Source: Moniliella sp. 'wahieum' (taxonomy: Eukaryota). From it: a stretch of DNA of 64,000 bases. Position numbers and translations under genes: made by a program. Positions 1 to 13,328 of this stretch are shown piece by piece; within the stretch, counting starts at the first letter, position 1; every line of letters starts with the position of its first letter. The stretch spans positions 248,001-312,000 of the forward strand of contig RSEE01000073.1 in NCBI GenBank assembly GCA_003971905.1, written 5' to 3'. The notes under the pieces are model-generated. The model made no database searches, had not been told where the DNA came from, and was given only the letters and a program-made list of their open reading frames with translations.

Positions 1-387
1 CCCCTGAGTAGTGACTGTGGACATACCGGTGCGCGCCATCTCTTGTCAAGTGCATGTCAAGCTGCGCAATTGGTGACTCTGACATCCTGTTGATTGCGTG
101 GTGTGGGGAACGTTGACGGTTTGCTACGTGTAATAATACGACCTTGATGATTATTGCACTCCCATCTTGTTTCCAGCTGAGTATGGCTTGTGGACGAGAG
201 GAGCGCAGCTTGAGGGGCAGAAGTCCAAGAGCTGTTCAGCTAGAGACAGAGAAAGGGAACTGAGTGGTGGTGGTTAAAGTGTGCTGACGTCATCGGCTAC
301 TGGACTTGTGTTTTTGTGGTCCCAGCTCGAGCAACCAACAAGCTGCAATGCGCCTATGGCCAACAACACTTGTCTGCCGCCATCATC

Positions 388-1401
388 ATGTCCGACTCGG
401 AGGAGGACTACATGTCCGCCGCCATCCTTGAGCAAGCAGAACAACTTTCCCAGGCCACTTCGCGCAAACGCCCTCGCCGTCCGCCACCCCCTGCGCCCCC
501 AAGTAAGCGTACTCCCGCCCAACAAGCGGCCCAGGAACGCACCCTCCGCGTCCGCGGGCTCCAAACCAGTTTGCTCCCTCCATCCCAGGCACGTCCTTCT
601 CCGAGTAGGGACGACAGCTCCACCAAAGCGAAAGATGGGGGTTGTTTGAAAAATGACGCCGAGGAGGAGAGCGGGGGCGACCGAAGATCCGCGTCTCCTC
701 CCCAGCGCGCCTCGGAAACAAAAGGCCCGCAAGGCGCGGCTTGGCGCCAGCTTTTGGCGATGGGGTTCAAGCCGGGCGGGCACCTGGGTGCGCGGCCATC
801 GGAAGGCGGGTCGGATCCGCTTCCCCTTGATGAACGGAGACTCAAGGGGGGGCAACATGCCAAAGCGGGGATTGGGGCGGTGCCGCCAGAGGAACCTGTC
901 GCTCCGCTCTTGGAGGAGGTGGAGGCAGAGCAGGCTGAGGAGCAGGCTGCGCTGCAGCGCAAGCAGGAGGACGATTTTCGTGCCCGTCAATCGGCCATGC
1001 TGGAGGAGCGGCATCTAGCTGCACTTTTGCGGCGAGCGCGTAGTGCGGTGCTTATGCTCGACGAGCAGGCAGGCTTGGGCTGGAAGCCATTATGGGAAGA
1101 TGCGCCGCAATGGACGGAGAAGAAGCTGCAGGAGGCGATGCGGCTGCCATCGCTTGTGCCGCTGGGGCAGGAGACGCGGGATGAAGGCAGGGCGGAGGCA
1201 CGGGCGGTAGAGGAGGCGGAGGAGCGGGAGGAAGCGATGGCTGGATTTGCTGCGCTGGGGTTGGAGGAGCAACTGGCTCGCACGCTCGCCTATCTGCGCT
1301 CCACCCATCGGTTCTGTCTCTTCTGTCGCGAGCAGTTTGCGTCGGCCGAGCTGCTGGCCAGCACGTGCCCGGGGCCGGGGGAGGAGGAGCACGATGACTA
1401 G
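388..1401 (+). CDS. G-patch domain protein with C-terminal DUF4187-type zinc-binding region (GPATCH11/CCDC75-like)
   Basis: Begins MSDSEEDYMS; G-patch-like LLAMGFKPGGHLG...AKAGIG; ends LAYLRSTHRFCLFC...CPGPGEEEHDD, typical of this family. Confidence 0.85.
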   Translation: MSDSEEDYMSAAILEQAEQLSQATSRKRPRRPPPPAPPSKRTPAQQAAQERTLRVRGLQTSLLPPSQARPSPSRDDSSTKAKDGGCLKNDAEEESGGDRRSASPPQRASETKGPQGAAWRQLLAMGFKPGGHLGARPSEGGSDPLPLDERRLKGGQHAKAGIGAVPPEEPVAPLLEEVEAEQAEEQAALQRKQEDDFRARQSAMLEERHLAALLRRARSAVLMLDEQAGLGWKPLWEDAPQWTEKKLQEAMRLPSLVPLGQETRDEGRAEARAVEEAEEREEAMAGFAALGLEEQLARTLAYLRSTHRFCLFCREQFASAELLASTCPGPGEEEHDD

Positions 1402-2087
1402 AGGACTAGAGACTAGGGGACTGGATGACTCGGCGACGCCAGATACGGGATGATGGCAGAGGCAGACCAGGGGGTGGGGTGGACGTGTGGGGGTGGCTTG
1501 GATGCGACGACAGGGGAGAGAGCACATGGTTGCCCGCGTGTGTAAGTCGCTGCGCTGAGTCTGATACGGGCATGTGTATACTGGTGCACTTGGTGATGAC
1601 TAGCTGTGACTACGCACAGCCCATCCTCCATGCGGCCAGTCAGACTAGTCAGATCGAGTCAGATCTCAGACGCGGCAGAAAGGGGTTGCTAGGGTTGGTA
1701 ACCCTAAGGGTGCCCACCGGCAGCGTGACAGGCAGCGGCTGTAAATGATTTATGATCCCAAGCGCCCCCAACGGCGGCCGACGCGGCGCGTGGGCTCGAC
1801 GCACACTGGCGCTGTGCGGGGGCGGGCGCGCAGGCAAGGCGGGCAAGCGGCGCGGCTAGGGTTGCTGCCGGGGGCCGTGGCCGGTGGGACGCAGGAGACG
1901 GTGGTGCAGCACGGCAGGACGCCGCGGCCACAAGCAGCCGCCGCCGAGTGGCAAGAGCAGCCCCCAGCAGCACGCACCCCCACCACTCCGCCCGCCCTCC
2001 ATCGCCATCCCACCGCCATCCCATCGCCATCCCATCGCCATCCCTCGCCCATCGCCCCCCGCCTCCTCAGCCCCTTCGCCCGCCACC

Positions 2088-4298
2088 ATGACCACCTCGT
2101 GGGCCAGCGCCAACGGCAAGCCCCAGCTCTCCTTTGCCGAGCGTCTCCGCCGCGCTGCCCCCAGTGCCAGTGCCAGTGCCAGTCCCAACGCCACCGCCAC
2201 CGCCACCGCTAGCGTCTCCCCCAACGCAAACGCAAACGCCAACGCCAACGCTGCTGTGCCAGCTCCGGACCCCCACCCACCCACGCCTCGGCCACTGCCG
2301 GCAAGCACGACCCGCCTGGCTCCCCCGTCACTCCCGAGCGCAGCACTCGCGTCTCCCCCTCCGTTTCGGCTACGTCGCCATCCGAGGAGGACTTCCCCGC
2401 CTTTGGCCTCAGCACATCTCCTTCCCAGTCTCGCGCTATCGACCGCGCTGCCTCCTGGGCCGCTAGCGTCTCCTACGCCCGCGCTCATCGCCACTCGGCA
2501 TCCGGCCCTTCCTCCACCCCCACCACCATCTCTCCTCCGGGAAGCAAGGCCTTCAACTCCACGCTGCCCTCGCGCAATCAGGCTTCGCGATTTGGCACCT
2601 CGGCGCCTTTGCCTACGTCGATGGCGCCCTCGTCCGTTCCACCTTCATCGGCGGCAAGGGGAGGTACAACCTCCCTGCCAGCGTGGCGAACCAATGGGAC
2701 GCCTGCCACGGGCCAAGGCAATGCGCTGGCACAGCAACATCCCCCCTCGCCCCGGTCCAAGCCCCCTCCTGTGAATGTGTGGGCGGTGCGCAAGCAACAG
2801 GCTGAGGAACGGAGGGTGGCCGAAGCCAAAGAGCAAGAGCGCAAGGCCACTGAGAAGAAGGACAAGGAGCGAGTGCATGAGACCAAGACGAACACCGATG
2901 CCTCCGAATCGTCCCAAGGGAGTCCACGCTTGCGGAGGAAAGACAAGGAAAATGAGCCGCGGCATGCGCAGAGTCAAGGTCATTCCCGCAGTAAAACCTC
3001 CCCTAGTAGCCCACAACGCTCCCTCCCACGTCGAGCTGAGAAGCGGCATCCCCAGCCCCAAACTGATGGAGAAGAATATGCATGGCTCCGGAACATTCGC
3101 CTCTTGAATGGAGGAGTCAATATGCCCTCCCTTGGCGACTTGGAACCCGAATTGTTCCCCCGAAGTCCGACCAGTTCCCCTCCTCCAGAGGAAACGCCTT
3201 CAACGCCGACTCAGGAGCACTCAGCCGAGGAACGCCCCGCGACAGAGCGCCCAACCGAGGAGGACCCTCCGCGAGCGCCTAAGCCTGGGCCGGCGGATCT
3301 GACCAAGGCCAAGGCCAGGCCCGTTTCCATCTCTGCCCCGGAAGTGGAGTCGTCCCGGAGAGGGAGGGGGCGTGGATATCGCAACACGGGGTAGAGGGGT
3401 AGGGCACAACCCTCCGCGCTCGTCAAGAAAGAACTTTAATTACCCTTATTCGGCATTGTCCTTGTCGCTTCCTTACTTCTACTCGGTCCCTTACTACGAC
3501 ATGGACTATGGCTACCATTATGGCGACGATGATCTGTCTACTTCTGCGGAAGAACCGCAAACAGAGGCCACAGAGGAAGGTACCCGCTCGACCAGGACCA
3601 CCCCCTCACTCGCCCCCCAGACTCCCGCTCCAATTCCTGCTCAAACTCCAGTTCAAGCTCAGGCTCATGCTCAAGCTTATCTCCCTTATATGCTGCTCCC
3701 CAACTCCCCTTTTGCCTCAATGGGCTATGGTGATACGCCCGTGCTCTATCTGCCCACAATGACGGAGACGGGTGAATCAACGCTAATCCCCATCTCTGTG
3801 CAACAAGCGAAACAAGCCGGTCTCCTTCCCTTTTCCCCACCCACCAACCTGCCCCCAACTTCCGGCGATGCCGATTCGACTCTGCGCCAACTGGTAGCCC
3901 AGATTGAGTTTTACTTTTCCTCTAGCAACCTTGAGGGGGATACCTACCTCCGCAGCTGTATGGATGCCCAGGGATGGGTCCCCCTAGCTACTGTCGCGAG
4001 CTTCAACCGTTGCAAGGCTCTACGAGCATCGTGGACGCATCTCTCCGGGCTACCGGATGCACACCTTTGGAGCCGGGTCGCGCTCGCTCTCCAGGCTTCC
4101 AAGGGTGTTGAAATTCACCCCCTCGGCACGCTGGTGAGGAAAAAGAACGATTGGGCCGCTTGGCTTTTACCCCTTTCCTGGACATCGACCACCACTATGC
4201 CTGTCCAAAACAAGATGTTGCCCCAAGGGGCCGCCGCCCTGCCACAGTGGTATTCGCCGACCCCTACAATGCCCTCGGACCCGTTGGAAGCATCGTGA
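2088..4298 (+). CDS. La-motif RNA-binding protein (LARP/Sro9-like), split by frameshifts
   Basis: La motif LVAQIEFYFSSSNLEGDTYLRSCMDAQGWVPLATVASFNR in ORF 3372-4298; low-complexity N-terminus with PVNVW motif in overlapping frames from ATG 2088. Confidence 0.75.
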
Positions 4299-4570
4299 CC
4301 GGCCTATCCTCCCATCTGATTGTCTCTTTTGAAGCTTAACGCTTGTTAGCTGAGGTTTGGACCTCTATGGCCCCTTTTATCAACGATCCAAATGATCTCC
4401 TGTTCACCGAAAGCGCGATGTGTTTGGTTCAGTCTCCAGGTTCCCGATCCCAAACCCCCTGCTGGCACAATGTATTCCCCTTGGCCACCCTCTTTGTATC
4501 CATTTGGTCGCTACTACAGCCACGTAGGACGAGCACGCATCCGAACTTGCTCTTGGGCTTAGACCCGCCC

Positions 4571-5669
4571 TTACGCGGGCGCAGCGGGCTGGGCAGACGA
4601 AGAAGTAAACCCCATCTCCTCATCCAGCAGGTCCACAAGCGGCTGCGCATCCCACTGAGGGAAAGGAGCCAGCGGTGTTTGCCCCGGTTCGGTGCGGGCC
4701 AGCACGAGCACGCGGTGGACCGCATAGGGCAGATCGCTGACAGTCGGTTAGTCCCACTCGCAGCACATGGTAAGAAGAGGCGGGTGAGAAAGGGGGAGGG
4801 AACGCAACATACTCTGCCTCGGCGAGGTGAACAAAGGGGCCGTGGGGATGGTGCGCCAAGGCGCAAGCTAACTCAGCTTGGTGGTTGTCCATCAGGCCCC
4901 GGTTGATGACAGCGACCAGTTGGCGTTGCCATCGTCCCTCCCGTTGGGCACGACTGGGTGGCGCACGCAGTGTCTCCAATAGTGTGCCGGATCCTGAGAG
5001 CAGCGGTGGTCAGAAGGGAGTAAGAGCAGGAGCAACGAACCGAACAGGAAAGAAAAGAAACGAAACGAAACGAAAAGAAAAGAGCCTACCGCAATGGGAT
5101 ATGACCAGATCCGCGTCCTGCACACACGGCGCCAGCGTCGGCGCAAAGGAGAACAGCGTCAAGTCGATCTGAGTGGGACCCGAAACCGCTTGCTTCACTC
5201 GGCCACGTAACATGGACGGAGCATCGGCGAGCGAGCCTGCAGGCTGGCTCAGAGTGAAGGGCAAACTGCCGTCGGGGCTCAGGGCAAAGAGGGAGGACAA
5301 ATCCGACGCGCCGTATTGCATGATGAGGTGGACGTGGGAGAAGCGGGGCGCAGCGGCGGCTGGCAGCGCAGACTCGGGCACAGCCTCGTCAGTCGGATCG
5401 GATGCGGCATCCAGACTCTCATACAGCAGCGGAGTGAGCATGGCCTGGACCAGCTGGTCGAACCGGGTGGAGCCAACGGTAACAAAGATGCGCAGATCCG
5501 CGTCGGGCGAAAACGTCGGAGCGGCCTCGAGCGCGGCGGGGGCGGCCGGCGCGCCTCGCGGCCGCAGAGCAGAGAGGATGGTGCCCCAGCCCGAGACGAA
5601 TTGGCGCTGCCACGTGTCAGGCTCCGCCTTGGGCGCAGGCCCAGACGCAGGCTCCGGCGGGGTCGCCAT
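4571..5669 (-). CDS. ALG13: UDP-GlcNAc transferase catalytic subunit Alg13
   Basis: IFVTVGSTRFDQLV, ADLVISHC/GSGTLLETLR, VINRGLMDNHQAELA; introns at about 5089-4994 and 4812-4737; last exon DLLDEEMG...TAA at 4571. Confidence 0.9.
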
Positions 5670-6162
5670 GCTTGCGCCAACGGCTGAAGGTGAGCGAGCG
5701 GTGTGGCCGCAGCCTGCCTCGGCATCCGGCCCCCACAACAAGGAGAAGCCTACAGTAACGTTGACCCAGGGTCAGCTGGTCGGGTCAATTGAACATTGAC
5801 ATTGAACATTGAAACACTGGCCGCATGTTGCACCGCCAATCCCAATCTCTGCCACAGAAACATGTCACTAGTCCCTGCCCCAGTCGCTGTTGCTTTGCTG
5901 TCGTCAACGCCATAAGCAGGAGCACAGAGACCTCCGCTTAGGGTAGCAGGTATCGTCGTCCATGCCATTCGCCTTCCGGCGCCGTCTCTCGGCGCACTCC
6001 TTCCGTTTCCGTGCACGGTGGAGGAGTCGGAATATAAGCATTGACTATCCTCGCCTCTACTCTGCATGGTGAATGTGGTCGTATGAAGGGACTATTACGA
6101 AGCCTGTTCCGCAACTGGGGCGCTTGGCATTGATTGAAACCGGGGCATGTAGGGCGTTTTGG

Positions 6163-7433
6163 TTACTGCAGCTCCGCGGCGTATGGCAGCTTGTACACAT
6201 CGCCCACCGCAGCCGAGGTAGGCTTGGAGCTCAAGAGCGTAGCCGCCGCACTGGACACGGCAGAGGGCGAGACGTCGAGCGCAGCCAGGTGCGCCTCCAA
6301 CGCAGACACGTCGCCCCGGTCGCGAGCTGGGTCGCGGCAAACTCTGATGCGCCATGGCCCTCAAAGTGAGACACAAGAGCGAATTTGGCCTGCGCAATGG
6401 CGACCTTGACCTTGTCCTCCGGTGCAGTCTGGGCCAGGTCCTTAAGCGCATTGTACGCCAGCTGCGCCGCAATCGGAGCCGAAGACGCATCGGGCGTCGT
6501 CACCCGCACTCCAAACAGGCCCGCCTTCTCAAACGACAAGTTGAGCGGCGTCGCCTTGGCGCCCGCCCCTCTCGTCCGCCACCTTGCTCAGCAGCGACTG
6601 GCCCTTGGCCCACTTGATGTGCGTCTCGCCACCCAAGAGGTGGGAGAGGACAGCGAGTTCTGGCGTGCCGGCCAACTTGCCCGCATCAAAGGCGAGTAGG
6701 AACTCTTGCGAGCCATGCGTCGCAAGAGGCACACGCGCCTCACCACCAAAGTACGCAGCCTCGGGAGGCGTCACCTTGCTCCCCTGGGCCAAACGGAAGT
6801 TGGCACCCACCAGCTCTGCAACCTCGTTGGCGTCGAGACCCGCGGCGGCAACAGAGACGTTGTCGGCGGTCAGGGAAGAGCGGATGTACTCAGCGGCCGA
6901 GTCAGCAGTGAGAGGGGAGGCAGGGGAAGCAAAGAGCGAGGCACCGGGACCCTTGCCGTGGTAGGCAGTTGCCGTCAACGCCTCCAGCGCAGCAATGCGG
7001 GCATCGTGCTCGGCGATCTCGACCTCGGTAGCCAGGGCAGGCAGGACATGCTCGTTGAACTCCCATGAGTACAGCTTGGGAGTCGAAAGTGCGTCGCCGA
7101 GCAGGGCCAAGAAAAAGTCCCGGTCCTCGGCCAGGAAACCGGCGTGGAGCAGAACGGCGTCCTTGGTGATGGAAGTGCTGAGCACACCGCCGCGCAGCTC
7201 GGCCTCACGGATGGTAGAGAGAGCGGAGCGGGCTTCGTTCGCCTGGAAGAGCCAGTGCTTGAGGGCGGCCGCAGCGCCGGGGGGGCGTAGCGTGGACCAG
7301 CCTTGATGGCGACCGTGACGGTGGCCGCAGCCCGGCCATCGTTGAGGCTGGCAATAGGCACGAGCCCCGACGAGGCAGTGGAGAAGGCACGCGTGGCCGC
7401 ACGCACGGACGCAAGGGGGGCGCGCAGCAGCAT
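6163..7433 (-). CDS. QCR2: Cytochrome bc1 complex core protein 2 (M16 family), several frameshifts
   Basis: Mitochondrial presequence MLLRAPLASVRAATRAFST; IKAGPRY; RSALSTIREAELRGGVLS; YFGGEAR; C-terminus KPTSAAVGDVYKLPYAAELQ*. Confidence 0.9.
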
Positions 7434-7854
7434 GGCGTCGACGGGCCTGGAGGTGGGGAGGAGAGAGAGCAGGCGGCGGGGGCGGCGACGCAGGCAGGCC
7501 AGGTGAGGCGCCCAGCAGGGCCGCACGGCCAGTCAGTCCGTCCTTCACGCGCCGACCGAAGAAGCGCTCGTCCGTCCGGCGGCCCGTCGCCACGCCGCAT
7601 CCGGTCTGCCCCGACCGGCACGGCGCCAGTGTGCGCGCGGGTGCCTCCGCCAGCAGGCTGCCGCCCTGCCGGCGGCCATTTCTAAGCGAACACACCCGGC
7701 CGCCCTGCTGACATCAGCGCATGAGCGGTGCATGCGGGCTATGTATGTGGCGCCCTGCTTTTGCGTCAATCATTAATCAATCCAGATGGCTACTTCGCAA
7801 CTACTACGGTCGCGCTATCTCCACAGCGCTTCGGCGCGCCGCGTGGCATGGCTG

Positions 7855-9039
7855 CTACGCCGGCGGCAGCAGCCTCTTCGTCGCCAACGCCTTGCGCGTC
7901 ACCTGCTCCACCAGCTCCGCATTGAGCGGCGTCGGCACCCCGTATTCCTTGCCCCACCCCACCACTACCCCATTGATCGCCTCGATCTCCGTTGCTCCCC
8001 GCCCCGTGCGCATGTCCTGTAGCATGCTGCACGTATTGTTTGGGTTCTTGCCCAGCAGCGTCCGCGCATACACGTGCAGCGCCCCCACCTCTAGCCCCGC
8101 CGGCAGCGGCCCGTCCTGGTTGGCACGCCAGTACGCCGCAAACACCTCCCCAGCCTCCTGCACAATGGCCAGCCACTGCGATTCCAGCTCCGGGTCGTCC
8201 AGCAGCGCGCCGTTGTTCACCTCCCGCAGCGCCCCCAGCGGGTTGAGCGCACAGTTGAGCGCCAGTTTTTGCAGCACACGTACCGTCAGGCTCGTACTGC
8301 GCTCCAGCACATTGTTCGTCACTGTCCCCGCTCGAATCGGAGGCGAGGTAAGGATCTGGAGCAGATTGCCGACGGTGCGCCAGTGCGGCTCCAGCGGCGA
8401 AGGTTCTGCGGTCCATGCCTTGTCGGCATGGGATAACAGTCTTTCCTCTTCAGCCTCCGAGAAAGAGTGAGGTGAGAGCGCCCAGTGGAAGGAGTTGTGC
8501 CCGGCATGCACAACGTGCAAAGGGCGGGTGCGACGCGTGCCGTGCGCATTGGTGTTGAGCACCATATAGGGTTGCGCTACCGGAGTGGCACACGGGAGGG
8601 GAAACAAGGTGCGTAGGAAACGCTCGTCGTGCCCGACTCCATTCATGATAAATGCCACCGTGCTCGGTCCGAGCGGGTCTCCCACCTTGCGCAGTCGCGG
8701 CAGCAAGGGCGCAACAACCGTGTTGGTCAAGTCGCTCTTGAGCGCAATCAGGAGCACGTCAATTGGTTCCTCGGACGGCGGAGTCGTAGGGAGTTCGAGG
8801 TGAAAGCCGTGTTGGATAGATGTGCTGCCATCCAGTTGCTCCAATAGGATGTTGACCTTGTCCCCTTCTTGGGCTTCCGGCGGGGGCGGGCGTCCAAGGT
8901 GGAGCGTGACCTCGCTCTCGCCCAGCGTTCGCCCCGTTCCATCGGCAAAGTGCTTAGTACCACATGTGGTCAGGGCTTGCTGGATCGAGTGCGCCAAGAG
9001 ACCGCCAACACTGCCAACGCCGACAACGTGAATGTTCAT
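7855..9039 (-). CDS. PAN5: 2-dehydropantoate 2-reductase (ApbA/PanE family)
   Basis: MNIHVVGVGSVGG Rossmann motif; FIMNGVG; KLALNCALNPL; SMLQDM...TEIEAING; GVPTPLN. Confidence 0.88.
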   Translation of the reverse strand: MNIHVVGVGSVGGLLAHSIQQALTTCGTKHFADGTGRTLGESEVTLHLGRPPPPEAQEGDKVNILLEQLDGSTSIQHGFHLELPTTPPSEEPIDVLLIALKSDLTNTVVAPLLPRLRKVGDPLGPSTVAFIMNGVGHDERFLRTLFPLPCATPVAQPYMVLNTNAHGTRRTRPLHVVHAGHNSFHWALSPHSFSEAEEERLLSHADKAWTAEPSPLEPHWRTVGNLLQILTSPPIRAGTVTNNVLERSTSLTVRVLQKLALNCALNPLGALREVNNGALLDDPELESQWLAIVQEAGEVFAAYWRANQDGPLPAGLEVGALHVYARTLLGKNPNNTCSMLQDMRTGRGATEIEAINGVVVGWGKEYGVPTPLNAELVEQVTRKALATKRLLPPA

Positions 9040-12000
9040 GGGCTCGGAGGGATAGGAGGCACATCCGGCCTGCGCACCAAGTACAAGGCAGTTTAAATGG
9101 GGTGGCGGGAATATGGGTGCTGCAATATATGAACTCGGTGTGGCCCACTGGGTCAGTGAACGTTGAACGGTGAACGACCGTCGATATTCAACGCTACTGC
9201 TATCTCCGAGTGTGGCTGCGGCTGGCAGGAACAAAGTGCCAAAACCGGAATCGCGGTCGAAGGAGGTCGAAGGACATGGACCAGGAGCCAGCCGCACGGC
9301 TAAGAACGGTTCGCCATTCGCGTGAGTAACCGGGGTCACCCTGGGTATGCCGGCGATGACGTGGAGATGATAACTTCCTTCTCCGTTGAGAAAAACATAC
9401 TATACTCTGTGAGGCTCTGGCACTCATATTGAATAGCCCATTGCCCTTTTTCTGCTTGTGTGTGCCTGCCAGATGCTCATACAGTATCATGCCCATTGCC
9501 GCATTTGCTTTCTATGGGCTCCAATGCTCGCTTCCGCCTTCTGTTTTCTGTTCAACGTTCACAACCGACGCCGCTTCCACGCTATACTTGGTTCACCTCC
9601 CTGCTTTTGACCAGCCTCTAACCCCTGTTCGGTCGCAGTCGGGCCCGTCTGATTGCGGCCAGAGTTGTTCAAAACATATATGGCAGTACTACAGTAACGG
9701 CGCAACCACAAGCATACTAGGGATCGACTATGACTCATCCGGAGATTATTGTGCAGAAGCAAGGGCAGCTCGTGAACGCCTCGGCCGAAAGGAGCATGGA
9801 AAAGCATGCGTACTATAGGCTAATGAGCGTGATTATCGATTGGCATGAGTCTCCTCTCCATTTGGATATCCTCAAGACAATGTATCATGGGCGAATCTCA
9901 GCCTGGACTTTCCCTTGGAGGAGGACACAGGCCACTCACGGTTGACCGAGCCTCAGATCCGAACGCGGGGAGCTAGAGACGGGAAGTGGCCTCTCAGTTG
10001 GGGCGTCGGCTCTTCGCGTGACAAAAGGTTGCATATGCGCCGGAACGAGCAGTAGCGTGTGGCACGTAATCCGTGGTCCTAAAAGGTTAGCCGGAAGGTT
10101 GTCGCTGGCAAAGACGGAGTATAAGACAGGCCTCTTGTCCGACAGAACAACTCAATTCTTGTAGGATCACTGCAGGATCCCTACAGAGCAGACTGAAAGC
10201 TGGAGATCGATGGCAATGGATACCCGGTCGAAAGGACAGGGAACGTCCACTCCGTCGCTGAACATGCAGATGTGAAGAGGCTGCCTTTGCGAAGGGTTCT
10301 TCAGCGTCCCGGACTTGGCCGTCGAATTTCCCGTTCGAACCGGAACATGCCGTTGGTCCACACATTCTCAAACAAAGGCGGCGGGCCTGCCCACCAGGAA
10401 GTGCATCTACCACCATGCATCACGGCCCTTTGTGGGTGGCCAAGAAGCCAACGGGAGGATTCCGCCCCATCGGGGAGGAACTCGCACTGTCTCCCCCCCC
10501 TATGTCCTCCTCTCCCTCCACAACCACTCGGCCGCCTCCTCATGGCTCCACTCCATCGTCTGGTCAGACATCTGAGCCTACTACTCCCGATACTGACAGC
10601 TAGTAGTGTGGCATGCACGATGTACACAGCGCAACACACGATCTACTGATATTGCTCAATTGGAATATCTGAAGATGAGACGGGATTGCCCCGGTGCCTG
10701 TCAGCTATTGCCCAGCATTCTTACTTTTGAGGCGATCACAGGTACTCTCCTTGGAGAGTGTCAGGGCGCTGTGGCCCCCCTCAACGGAGACCCCAACAAG
10801 GCATTAGACGGGTGACACGAGACGGGATTGAGACCTAGGAGGGACAAACGAGGCAACCAGATGCAAAGCATCCGTCAAAACACACTGGCGTCGTGCATTC
10901 TATGTGGCAGGGTATCAAATACTGTGTGCGGGGTATAGTGCCGAACTGCTGCTCAGCTCCTCTCGCGGTCCTCTGCCCATCGTGGCAGCAAGGAACCCAC
11001 AGATGGCCGTCAGGGTGTATAAATACCGACGGTCTCTTGTGAAAGAGGCCGAGGTCCGTGTCTCCCCCCCATCCTCTCCTCAGAAACGCTTGCCGGCATG
11101 CTGTTACGCTCTTCTGTTTTTTGCTTGCCCTTGCGTCCAATTCAAGCCGGCTCACCTCTGTCAGCGCGTTCCAGTTTACATTTCGCCCGTTTTTGTCACG
11201 GCCCCGGGAGCAGCGACACCCGTGCCACCCACAGCCACACTCCTGCGGCTAGTGTGGCTGGCCATGTGCCCCCGCGCATTCGAAACTCCAAGTTGGGCAT
11301 AATCTCATAACCCGACCAGGCCGTTCCATCCTCCGGAAGAGGTCGACGGCAGGTCAGGAACCAGGAGTGCGAGAGCCCCCGCTCACCCCGTCAGGTTGGA
11401 TGCGAACACGGTGGAGTCTCGACAGAGCTCCAGCGGCGCTAGCGGCGCCGGCCAAAAGGCACACGACGGTGGTGGGGGTGCATTGCCCACAAGTGTTGAT
11501 GCTGGTGGAAGCATGAGTCCTGAACAAATTCCTGCGTTCATTCCCGCCTCCCCCCCTTCCCTCCCCACCCGTTTGCGTTCCCGACTCGGCCTCCGTTGGC
11601 TGAATAGCTCGTGACATGTCAGTACCATTTCATCCTCCCTTCCCTCAGCCCTTGCCCATGCTCCGTCTCCGTCATCGTTTCGCTGTTGTGTTGATCATCC
11701 GAAAATGAGAATGGCGAGAATGAGAATGGTTGGTTGAAACTACGATGTGTGGCTCATATATATACTTGCATGTGTAGCACGTTGAGAATCCAAGGGTTAC
11801 TATGGAGAGGAAGAACCTCTGGGTATATATATCGTAGGTGCATGGCATGGACACCCTACTTTTTTGCTGTGCCAGACAAGCCTTTGGTCCGTCCCAAACG
11901 CTATTTCTGCGCACGAGAGGGGATGAACGATGCAGGATACAAAGCACTGCTGCTCATGACCGTGTATCGCTGCTCACTCGCATTGCTGCTCTTGACAGTG

Positions 12001-12273
12001 CTTGACCACCAAAAGATTGTGAGCAATAGTACTGATGGATTGGTTTGCCATCTCTCCCTCCTCGCGGGGGTGACCCTCTTGATCCGGCCCGAGCGTCGTC
12101 ATGGGGCGCCCATCCTCGTTTTACGTTGCCTTCATGAAGGCTTGCTATCCCGCCGGCTGCCTTCTGTGTGCATTTTCGGTGGAGCCAATAACAGAAACGA
12201 TCATCAAATGGAGGTGCACCCCGGGTAACCGGAAGTCTGCTTCTCTGATCTTAGATCTGACGCCGGATCATCC

Positions 12274-12367
12274 GGCAATGTGCCCGAGCGGTTAAGGGGA
12301 TTGATTAGAACGCATTCTAACCATCAATTAGGCTCTGCCTGCACAGGTTCGAATCCTGTCATTGTCG
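12274..12367 (+). tRNA. tRNA-Ser(AGA) with 12-nt intron (12311-12322)
   Basis: Acceptor GGCAATG/CATTGTC, anticodon stem ATTGA/TCAAT with TT-AGA-A, long variable arm, T arm ACAGG-TTCGAAT-CCTGT, downstream T run. Confidence 0.93.
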
Positions 12368-13328
12368 ATCTTTTTGGTCCGTTGTTGTGGGGGTCATTAC
12401 TGCCCACCGCTCGAGATGAGAGACAACTAAAGAAGAGATGGAAATAGACAATCATTTGAGGAGGCCACTCCCAGGGGCAACTGTTGTCACGTTCATCATG
12501 CGTGTCCACTTGTGCGGCTTCGAGATTTTTGCAGATCGTATAGTATGGCACGGAACTAACTACAGAAAAGGTCCTGCTAGTAGACGCCTAGTCATCATAC
12601 ATACACTGCCGGTTCATTTTCCTTTGGCGTCGTCTGAGGCTTTATATTCCCGCCCTTGTGTGCCGGCTTCTTCCTTATTCACAATCTGCTCTCTCCACAG
12701 GCTACCACGGCCCCCGCTCTTCAAGACATCCTTCACGGCACATCCGTTCACACGCTCGAGCTGGTGATGATCAACGCCCTCTAACACCTAGATCATATCG
12801 TTTCGCGACCACCACAGCTGGCTACACATATACAGAGCTTCCTGTGACCATGACGTCGAGGGAAAGTCATCCAATCATATATTCATCGTTAATGACTGCC
12901 ATAAAGGATGCACACAAAATCGTTTTTTCGGTTGTATGTGGGTTGGCTACCGTCGGAAGAACAGTCGAGAGGATTGAGGCGTAAATATGACGAGGAAGAG
13001 CCAGATAATAAAAGGCGCTGAGAGAGAGTATTATGCGTGAAAACAATGTTAAGCAAACTAACATTTCGCTCTCGCTCAGCTGGCTTCCAACTGGTGTTAT
13101 TGGCTCTGAACGGAGCTCGCGAAGATCAAATTAAGAGGCAGAGGGCAGGGGCGCCGGTACTAGTATAGTAGCCTATATAATAGCACAACGTCCGAGAGTA
13201 TATAACAAGGATTCTGTTGGCTAACTATGAGGAAGAGGAAGAAAAATGCGAGGTCCATTCAATTGTTTTCATCTCGGCTCAGAGCGTTGAGAGATATCGA
13301 AGATGTTCCGCTTAAAGGAAGGCAGCAT

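Noticed and set aside
1681..1712. Telomere-like TAGGGTT and AACCCTAA
   Set aside because: Isolated units with no array.
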